From: a virus
DNA length: 64,000 bases
Strand: one strand, 5' to 3'
Virus record (IMG/VR): IMGVR_UViG_3300046737_000169
Coordinates: 9,765 to 73,764 of that record
The notes beneath the pieces are model-generated. The model worked only from the letters and a program-made list of their open reading frames with translations. It searched no databases and had not been told where the DNA came from. A program made the position numbers and the translations under genes. Shown in pieces: positions 56,692 through 64,000 of this stretch (position 1 is the first letter of the stretch; every line of letters starts with the position of its first letter).

Positions 56692-58949
56692 TTGCCGATA
56701 CCGATTCAAAGACCGTCGTAACGCCCGCAGACTTCGTCACAGTCCACTCGCAAGCGCTCGGCAAGTGGATCTTGGAAGATCTCGACCGGCCGCTCTCGGC
56801 GGCGCGCACCGCGCAACTCCTGCGTGCCAAAAGAGCCCTGTTTTATTGGGAGGGCAAGCAGTATGGCCATCTCAAATGGGACTCGCACACCGGCTCGTTC
56901 GATTGGGTGCCGATGGATTTCAAGGAAGAGACCCAGCGCGTTTTCTCGAACGTCTATAACATCATTTACTCGGACGGCCAGAAGTTCAATTCGCTGGTAG
57001 GCCAGCGGCGCCTGAATCAAAAAGCGGTCGCCGACGACGCGCAGAATTTCACCCAGACGCAAGTCGCCTCGAAGGCGAACACGATGGCGCGGCATCTGCT
57101 CAGGTACTGGAAACTGCAGCGCCGCGCCCCGAATGAAATTGCCGAAGTCGTCTGGAATACCGGCCCGGTCTACGGCTTCGTCGATCACGTCGTCGACGGC
57201 CGCCGGCACGGCTTCCACCAAGAGCCCATCTATGCGGTCGAACAGGTGCAGGGACTCGGCGAACAGGTCTGCAACTACTGCGGCGGCAAGAACCAGGAAG
57301 GGAGCCCGCAGTGCCAGAACTGCGGCGCGCCGCTCGATCCGGCCACCTCGCCCGTCGTGCCCGGCCCCATGATGGATCAGACCGTCGAAGTGGGTGAGCA
57401 GTCCTACGCCAAGGGAATGCCCGAGCTCCAGTTGCTCTCCTGCATCCAGGTCATGACGCCCTATGAGGCCAAGTGGATCGACGACGACTGCGAGTGGCTC
57501 GACTACTCGTTCCCGCTGAGTAAGCAGAAGGCCAAGCTCGTCCTGCAGCGGCTGAACGCGGCCAAGAAGGACATAACGCCGATCAACGACTGGGACTCGG
57601 ACGAGAACGTGGCCGAGGCCGCGCGCATCCTCGAGGAGATTCAAAACCCCAACGACCGCATCATCGATCGCGTGCAGGAAACGGTGTCGTACGGAAGAAG
57701 GTGGTTGAACCCGAAAGCCTACGACGGGATGCCGCGCGACATGCGCCGCGCCGCCGGGAAGATCTTCGAGGACGGCGTATTGATCCACCGCATGGGCGGC
57801 CGGCCGGTCATGGCCGAAGCGGCGAAGATGACCGAGCACTGGTCAGTATGTAAAACGGGAACCAACGCCTATATCAACGGGCCTGGCTTAGTGCAGAACA
57901 TCATTGGGCAGCAGGACAGTATCAACAATTTTTGGAATATGGCCGATGAGATCGTGATGAGGGGAATCCCGAAACACATCGTCGACTCGCAGATCCTGAA
58001 TCCCGAGACGGTCAAGAAATCCGGCAGCGTGGGCGAACTGCTGTTCACCAGGACGGGCGGCGTCGATCTCAGTAAGGCATTCGTCACGATCCCCACCGCG
58101 CAACTCCATCAAGGGCTGATGCCGGTCGCCGAGATGATGCGCCAGTACACGCGCGAGGCCGACAACATTCAGCCGGCGCTTTTCGGGGGCGGCGATCCCG
58201 CGCCCACCTGGCGCCAGGATCAGCAACAAAAAGCCGGCGCGTTGCAAGGACTGCAGTTGCCGTTCGAGTCGATGCAAAACTTCGTTAGCGACATTTTAGA
58301 AGACGGCATCCGGCTCGGCGCGCGGTTCGGTGTCGGTTCGGTGTCGGTTCCCTCGACCGGGTTCGGTGAGATCGGCGAGACTGTCGACCTCGAAGAGCTC
58401 GAAGAGATCGGCTGGCATATCGAAGCCGCGGACACCGCGCCCCAGTCGTTCGGCGAGAAGGTCACCAAGCTATCGGGCCTCTCGCAGGAGGCGCCGCAAC
58501 TGGCGCAATCGATCGGCCTGGGACACCCGATCAACGCGCAGCAGACCAAGGCGTATTTCGGGGTCGACGACTTCTATGCCCCCGGCGAGTTCATGTACAC
58601 GATGGTCATGAACCGCATCCAGAAACTGTTGTCCGAGCCCACAATTCCGCCCGCGCTCGATCCACTGACGCAGATGCCGGCGGTCGATCCGATGACCGGA
58701 ATGCCGGCGGTCGAAACCAGTTCGGTCCCGGTCGATCCCTTCCTCGATCAGGACCACACAACGATCGCGATGATCATCCGCGAATGGTGCATGTCACCGG
58801 CCGGCCAGCAGGCCGAGCAGGACCAGTCGCAGTTCTTCGCGAACGTGAAGTTGCACGGCCAGGAACAGGACCAGGCCGCGCAGGCCGCGGCGATGGCAAT
58901 GGCGCCCGCGCCCGAAGAACCTGCGCCCGCCGCCGCGCCACCGGCGTAA
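56688..58949 (+). CDS. portal protein with a zinc-ribbon insertion
   Basis: 753 aa between terL and scaffold; podoviral-portal-like layout; CNYC..CQNC insert. Confidence 0.75.
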   Translation: MIADTDSKTVVTPADFVTVHSQALGKWILEDLDRPLSAARTAQLLRAKRALFYWEGKQYGHLKWDSHTGSFDWVPMDFKEETQRVFSNVYNIIYSDGQKFNSLVGQRRLNQKAVADDAQNFTQTQVASKANTMARHLLRYWKLQRRAPNEIAEVVWNTGPVYGFVDHVVDGRRHGFHQEPIYAVEQVQGLGEQVCNYCGGKNQEGSPQCQNCGAPLDPATSPVVPGPMMDQTVEVGEQSYAKGMPELQLLSCIQVMTPYEAKWIDDDCEWLDYSFPLSKQKAKLVLQRLNAAKKDITPINDWDSDENVAEAARILEEIQNPNDRIIDRVQETVSYGRRWLNPKAYDGMPRDMRRAAGKIFEDGVLIHRMGGRPVMAEAAKMTEHWSVCKTGTNAYINGPGLVQNIIGQQDSINNFWNMADEIVMRGIPKHIVDSQILNPETVKKSGSVGELLFTRTGGVDLSKAFVTIPTAQLHQGLMPVAEMMRQYTREADNIQPALFGGGDPAPTWRQDQQQKAGALQGLQLPFESMQNFVSDILEDGIRLGARFGVGSVSVPSTGFGEIGETVDLEELEEIGWHIEAADTAPQSFGEKVTKLSGLSQEAPQLAQSIGLGHPINAQQTKAYFGVDDFYAPGEFMYTMVMNRIQKLLSEPTIPPALDPLTQMPAVDPMTGMPAVETSSVPVDPFLDQDHTTIAMIIREWCMSPAGQQAEQDQSQFFANVKLHGQEQDQAAQAAAMAMAPAPEEPAPAAAPPA

Positions 58950-58965
58950 AGTCATGTTATAAAGA

Positions 58966-60372
58966 ATGGCAATGGAAGAACCCGGAGCCGCTGCAGCCTC
59001 TGCCAGCCCAGTCGCAGAGTCGATCAGCAGCGAGATTGATTCGTTATTCGCCGATGCCGCCAGTGATTCTGCCTCGGAGGAATCCACTACCGCGGCGGCC
59101 GAGCCCAATCCGCAAGACTCCACCGTCCAGCCCTCGTCGCCCATCGAGTTCGAGCCGGGCGACGACGCCGTCGAAGCGGAAAAACCCGTTGCCGCCAAAC
59201 CCGCCGAGCCTGCCGTAGAGGCCGCGCCGCCGGTCGCTGAAGAGGACCGCGAGGGCGAAGAGTACGAGCAGCGCGGGAAGAAGTGGATCAGGTATCCCGA
59301 GGCGCGCGGCAAAGAAGTCTTCGCCGGCTACCAGGCCGCCAGGTCGCTCCAGAAGGAATTGAACCTGCCTGGGCCGGTCACCGCGGAAACCGTCCGGACG
59401 CTGGTGAACGACAAGAGCGTTCTCGACAACATCGATTTCGATGTCATGTCGACGGACCCGGCCGAGCAGGCCCGCGCGTTCCGGTATCTGTTCCATACCG
59501 CCAAGAAAGCCTTCGAGGGCGGGCACACCTCGCACAACCCGCACGAGACGATGGCGGACGCCTTGCTCCATGCCGCGTCGAACGCCGCGCCCGAAGTGGT
59601 CCGTGGACTCGAGCACCGGATCACCGAGAACACCTTCAACAAGCTCTACCAGAAGGCCGTCGCCGCGGGTCTCGATACCCAGGCCGGCAAAGAACTCCTG
59701 GCCTCGGTCCAGCGGGCCGACCAGGCGCTCACCGGGCAGTTCCGCAAGAGGGCCGACCTGGCGCAGCAGCCGGCGCCGGCCGCCGATGCTCTTTCGGTCC
59801 GAGCCCAAGAGGTCGAGCAAAGAGCCAACCAGATTCAAGAGTACGAGTCCCAACGCGCCCGGCGCGAATGGGATGAGTTCACCGGCGGGACCAATGTCGC
59901 TATCGACGACAACGTGAACGGCGCGATCGCGTCGATCCTCAAGCCGGTGGCCGCCTCGCTCAAAAATTTCCCTGAAACTCAGAAGAACGTGGAAATACGC
60001 CTGATTCAGGAGATCAAAGAAGCAATCGCTCAAGATCAGAAGTTCGGGATCGAGCGAGACCGTTGTTTTAAGCAAGCCTCAATTGCAGGAAGCGAAAGTG
60101 TCCGCGATGGGTGGCGAGCGCGCATCATTCAGCTATATACCTCCAAGGCGGAATCGGTCCTCAGGGCGAAAGCTCCGGCCATTCTGTCTGAGTCCGCCCA
60201 GGCTCTCAAGGCCAAAAGCGATAAGACTCACGAGAGGCTCAAAGGTACGCAGCAGCTACGCGGAACACCGGCCGGAGGCATCGCTCCGAACGGTACGACG
60301 GCGCCTGGATCAAGCGGCGGAAAATTCGATTCCCGCAGTTGGGCCCAAGAGTTCGAGTCCGCTTTCAACTAG
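58966..60372 (+). CDS. putative scaffolding protein
   Basis: Acidic disordered N-terminus, helical body; directly before the capsid gene. Confidence 0.65.
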   Translation: MAMEEPGAAAASASPVAESISSEIDSLFADAASDSASEESTTAAAEPNPQDSTVQPSSPIEFEPGDDAVEAEKPVAAKPAEPAVEAAPPVAEEDREGEEYEQRGKKWIRYPEARGKEVFAGYQAARSLQKELNLPGPVTAETVRTLVNDKSVLDNIDFDVMSTDPAEQARAFRYLFHTAKKAFEGGHTSHNPHETMADALLHAASNAAPEVVRGLEHRITENTFNKLYQKAVAAGLDTQAGKELLASVQRADQALTGQFRKRADLAQQPAPAADALSVRAQEVEQRANQIQEYESQRARREWDEFTGGTNVAIDDNVNGAIASILKPVAASLKNFPETQKNVEIRLIQEIKEAIAQDQKFGIERDRCFKQASIAGSESVRDGWRARIIQLYTSKAESVLRAKAPAILSESAQALKAKSDKTHERLKGTQQLRGTPAGGIAPNGTTAPGSSGGKFDSRSWAQEFESAFN

Positions 60373-60424
60373 CGCCTGATACGTCCGCGTGGCGTTTTCT
60401 CAACTCATCGCAGGAGAACACCAC

Positions 60425-61681
60425 ATGGCGACCGACTTAGTATTTGCGCAAATGGAAAAAGTTGCGCCCAAGCTCCCCGACTGGTTCGGGCGCTTTGACA
60501 CGATCGTAAATATGATCAACTCCAAGGCCGACGTAGAGAAGGTCTCGGAGCGTGATTTCAGAGCCACTTATCTGACCACCAATGGCGGAAGAGTCGGCAC
60601 TTACAATCCGGATGGCGGCGGGCTCGGACTGGGAAGCGCGCAAGAGGGCGGCGTGATGATCACGACCTACTTCCCTTTCTCGTTTCGTGGTCAGATCACG
60701 CAACTGGCATCCCGTGCTACTGCGGCTGCCGAGCAGAGCCGTTTGCAGGGCTTCAAGAAGCTCCTGAAAACGATGATTCCCGATTTCGCTGACTTCCTGG
60801 ACCGCGCCTGGCACATGGGCGACGGCACGGCGGTCCTCGGCACGGCCATCTCGTTTTCCACGGTTGCCTCGAAGACCGTGTACGTCATGGACACCACCAA
60901 CGGCGTCCAGGGCTTCCGGCGCGGCGAGTGGTATCAGGTATACGACTCGGCGCTCGCGGCTCCGAAAGCGGGCGGCCCGTTCAAGCTCGCCTCGATCAAC
61001 TATTCGACTCGCGCACTCACCTTCGCGGTGACGATCGCCGGCGCCGCGTCGACCGACAAGATCGTCTTCGAGGGCACTTCCGGGGCAACCCCAGCGGGCC
61101 TGAAGGGATTGCTCTATCACAACAACACTGCGACGAGCGGCACTACGCACGGCGTCAACAGAGCCAATGAGCCGGAGATCCTCGTCAATGTAAGAGACGG
61201 CGGCAATTCGGTTCCCACAGTGCAAATGGGAATGCAGATTGCCCATCAGATCATCGAGCGCCGCAAGATCGATCAGGGGACGCCGAGCGGCATGATGGCC
61301 CTGGTGAACCAAAAGCAGCAGGCCAATATTCGGCAGAACGTGTACGATATTGCGCACTACGACCTCACCAACGGCAAGGCTAACGCCGATATCGGCGTGA
61401 AGGTCGACATGAAGTTCATGTTCGCCGGAATCCCCGCCACGGTCGATCCGCACCAGGCCACCAACCGCATCGATTACATCACTCCGCAGGACTGGTCGAT
61501 CGCCGAAATCGATCCCGTGGGCTGGTTCGAGATGAATGGCAATAAGTTGTTTCCTTTGTACGCTCTAGACGGGTCACCCGCTGCGACGGCGTGGTTCGCT
61601 CTTTACGTGTTGAGGGACTATTTGTGTCAGAATTTTGGCAACGCCGGGGTGATATATAACCTCGCGCAACCGACCTATTAG
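60425..61681 (+). CDS. major capsid protein
   Basis: GGAG RBS; ~418 aa; position; GDGTAVL, GLKGL, NFGNAGVIYNL patterns. Confidence 0.8.
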   Translation: MATDLVFAQMEKVAPKLPDWFGRFDTIVNMINSKADVEKVSERDFRATYLTTNGGRVGTYNPDGGGLGLGSAQEGGVMITTYFPFSFRGQITQLASRATAAAEQSRLQGFKKLLKTMIPDFADFLDRAWHMGDGTAVLGTAISFSTVASKTVYVMDTTNGVQGFRRGEWYQVYDSALAAPKAGGPFKLASINYSTRALTFAVTIAGAASTDKIVFEGTSGATPAGLKGLLYHNNTATSGTTHGVNRANEPEILVNVRDGGNSVPTVQMGMQIAHQIIERRKIDQGTPSGMMALVNQKQQANIRQNVYDIAHYDLTNGKANADIGVKVDMKFMFAGIPATVDPHQATNRIDYITPQDWSIAEIDPVGWFEMNGNKLFPLYALDGSPAATAWFALYVLRDYLCQNFGNAGVIYNLAQPTY

Positions 61682-61769
61682 CCATTAGGTCTGACGGGGC
61701 CGGCAATGCCAGGCCGGCCCTGCCTTTCAAGAGGTGCGATTGCACCTCTTCCTCCTCAGGGGATCAAAA

Positions 61770-62372
61770 GTGGATCAAAAGTTACTCGGCGAATTGAACT
61801 CGCGTCTCGCTTCCGAGTTCGGCCGGAACCATTTCGGCGAACCGAATTATAAATGGAGCCTGACCCAGGATCTGTGGGGCTTCGAGCACAAAGGCAACCT
61901 CACGCCGCGCCAGGTTGTCACCTCAAGCGGTGAAACCATCTGGGCCGTCGAGTCGCGCTACGAGCGCTTCACCGTCGCCGAGATCGTGGGCGCCAATCGC
62001 TGGGCGCTCTCCAAGTGGCAGCACATGCGGCGCGGGGAGTGGCTCGCCATCTTCGGCGAGTCCTGGCCGTATCCCAACCGCGGCGAATACCACCTGGTGG
62101 GCTCGCCGATGCCGGACGGCGAAGAGCCTTGCCGCAAGTCGACCGAGACGCTGATCTTCCACCTCCGCGTTCACCTGGGGATGACGCTCGAGCAGCATGA
62201 GCAGGATCTGCTTGTGGCGCTCGAAGAGAAGAAGCGCATCGAGAGCGGCCCGGTGGCCGATGCCGTCGAGGACGAGTTCTTCGCCTTCGATCACTTGCCC
62301 GGCGCCAAGGATTACGTGTCGATCCCCACCAAGGAATTTAGAGAGAACTATCAGGAGCAACCGAGTGAGTAA
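61770..62372 (+). CDS. hypothetical virion-module protein
   Basis: Codon bias; follows a post-capsid hairpin; start uncertain (61734 also possible). Confidence 0.6.
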   Translation: MDQKLLGELNSRLASEFGRNHFGEPNYKWSLTQDLWGFEHKGNLTPRQVVTSSGETIWAVESRYERFTVAEIVGANRWALSKWQHMRRGEWLAIFGESWPYPNRGEYHLVGSPMPDGEEPCRKSTETLIFHLRVHLGMTLEQHEQDLLVALEEKKRIESGPVADAVEDEFFAFDHLPGAKDYVSIPTKEFRENYQEQPSE

Positions 62373-63033
62373 GACTATCGTTTCTATCTGGCCGATGCAG
62401 GAGCAGGCATACCGCCCGCTGCACAAGCCCAAGACCGCGGCCGACTCGAACCTGTTCATCCTGCAGCCAGGCTCGATCGAAATGCCGTTCCTGTTGAAGG
62501 TGGTCGACTTCGACAACGACGTTTACATGGGCAAGGGCACCTCGCAGACGATCACCATCCCGGCGTATGAAATCGCGCTCGACCTGGTGCATCAGTGGCG
62601 CGACAACAAGAACATGCCCGAGGACGCCGGCGTCCCAGGCATCTGGCTCTGCTCGGTAGACAACCCGTCTCTCGATCAGATTTACTCGATGCCCGAGACC
62701 CACGAAGCCCAGGAGAAGCAGACGACCTTCGCGGCCTCGAAGGTGAGGGAGGCGCGGCTCCACGCGGCCCAGAACGAGTGGCGCAACATCACCAAGCTGC
62801 ACCTCTATATGGGCAAGCTCCTCAACATCCAGGGCGAGCCGTGGCAGGACTTCGATGCCAAGGCCAAACTCGGTAAGGTGCGCTGCCCGTACTGTGACGC
62901 TCCGATGACGATCGGCGTAGCCATCTGCGGCATGTGCCGCGAGATCGTGGACCTCGGCAAGTACAATCAGATTCGAGAGGCGCAGGGCCTTCTCCCGAAG
63001 CCAGTGCCCGCCGCTGCGCCCAAGCCGAGCTAA
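62365..63033 (+). CDS. hypothetical protein with C-terminal double zinc ribbon
   Basis: AGGAG RBS then GTG; CPYC..CGMC. Confidence 0.65.
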   Translation: MSKTIVSIWPMQEQAYRPLHKPKTAADSNLFILQPGSIEMPFLLKVVDFDNDVYMGKGTSQTITIPAYEIALDLVHQWRDNKNMPEDAGVPGIWLCSVDNPSLDQIYSMPETHEAQEKQTTFAASKVREARLHAAQNEWRNITKLHLYMGKLLNIQGEPWQDFDAKAKLGKVRCPYCDAPMTIGVAICGMCREIVDLGKYNQIREAQGLLPKPVPAAAPKPS

Positions 63034-63045
63034 GGAGTTTCCGCT

Positions 63046-63747
63046 ATGGCCATCCCCACCGTTGAGCAGGCGATCGAAGAGGCGGCTTTCCATCTCGGCG
63101 ATATCAAGAAGCGCCGGTTTACCATGCCGGATCTTCAGGCGGCGGTGGGGCTTGCCTGGCGGGAAATGATCGACGAGATGGTGCTCTGCCAGGACTCGCA
63201 CGTCGAACTCAGGACGATCTACATCCTGCCGGTCGACAAGACCACACTGACTCCGCTCGAAGCCGGCATCACCAACTTTGGTTCGCTCATCCGGCTCGAG
63301 GAGCGCCCGGCCGGCAGCGACAAGAACACGGTGTTCTTTCCGCTCGATTACACCGAGATCCTTCCGGTCCCCTGGTCTCCGACCGACCGGCTGGTCTACT
63401 ACTCCTGGCGGTCGAGCACGTTCGAGTTCCCGCCGGCCACCAAGCCCATCGAGCTACGCTTCACCTACCTGGCGAGCGGAGAAGTGCCGACCTCCGGCAC
63501 GCTCGGCATCGACAACTGCCTCACCGTAGTCGGCAAGCTCGCCGCGGCGCTGGTTGGCCCCACCAAGGGCCTGGAAAAGATTCCCGACCGGCTTCGTAGA
63601 GAAGTCTACGTGGCCCCCAATCACATGCAGGCGCTGATCCAACCCTCGCTGCGGATGCAGCAGGAGAGGCGCGTGCAACCGGCCGCGTACGCAGTCGGCT
63701 CCAACCGGCGCCGGCCACGCGGGCACCATCCCATCTTTGGTCCGTAA
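63046..63747 (+). CDS. putative head-tail adaptor protein
   Basis: AAGGAG RBS; helical ends with a beta centre (YYSWR..FEFPP..RFTY). Confidence 0.6.
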   Translation: MAIPTVEQAIEEAAFHLGDIKKRRFTMPDLQAAVGLAWREMIDEMVLCQDSHVELRTIYILPVDKTTLTPLEAGITNFGSLIRLEERPAGSDKNTVFFPLDYTEILPVPWSPTDRLVYYSWRSSTFEFPPATKPIELRFTYLASGEVPTSGTLGIDNCLTVVGKLAAALVGPTKGLEKIPDRLRREVYVAPNHMQALIQPSLRMQQERRVQPAAYAVGSNRRRPRGHHPIFGP

Positions 63748-63780
63748 GCGTTTTTCGATACTGGAGAAAATGGAGACCCC

Positions 63781-64000
63781 ATGTCCTTTCAAACCGAGAA
63801 AATTCCCGGCACGCCTCTCTTTAAGTCGCGCACGCCGCAGATCGCGCAGGGCAACCTGCTCCTGGCCGACCTGAACGCCGGCCTCGTCATCGTGGCCCCG
63901 GCGGGTCGCATCATTCAGTTGACCGGGTTCCTGTTTCACATGAACGGCACCTTCGGCGGCCTCACCGATCTGCGCCTGCAGACCACCGAGACTCCGACAC
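63781..64000 (+). CDS. 3'-truncated putative virion protein
   Basis: GGAG RBS; frame open to the window end. Confidence 0.55.
   Translation, partial: MSFQTEKIPGTPLFKSRTPQIAQGNLLLADLNAGLVIVAPAGRIIQLTGFLFHMNGTFGGLTDLRLQTTETPT

Noticed and set aside
60444-60451. TTGCGCAA inside the capsid gene
   Set aside because: Single 8-mer in coding sequence with no promoter context
1-64000. tRNA genes, lysis cassette, DNA polymerase, reverse transcriptase/DGR
   Set aside because: No supporting motifs seen; lysis genes may lie outside the window; 31478-31750 has TM helices but no adjacent endolysin

Overview
The window is most of a GC-rich tailed phage genome with podovirus-like organisation; I see no host chromosomal genes, tRNAs, rRNAs or CRISPR array. 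Layout: (1) 1-19.1 kb, +: putative ejection/internal virion proteins including a 3546-aa polyvalent protein, a spike base and a collagen-containing fibre. (2) 19.2-28.8 kb, +: recombination/replication module (HTH, SMC-like ATPase, ParB, RusA-like, Tad1 anti-defence sponge, replication initiator). (3) 28.9-34.8 kb: tyrosine recombinase, small DNA-binding proteins, a PEP-CTERM protein and an MBL hydrolase. (4) 34.8-45.4 kb, -: an early-type array of small genes punctuated by a repeated structured element. (5) 45.5-64 kb, mostly +: TerS-like gene, a non-coding tract, accessory genes, TerL, portal, scaffold, major capsid protein and adaptor. The PEP-CTERM gene implies an exosortase-bearing Gram-negative host, possibly Acidobacteriota (inference). 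Main findings: three small genes overprinted in the +1 frame of the giant virion gene, each directly after an enzyme-like domain (candidate built-in inhibitors); a 59-aa early gene, missed by the ORF track, that is a free-standing copy of a twin QxxLF module in the giant protein; and seven covarying intergenic hairpin elements. All family assignments are from motif recognition by eye, not database searches.
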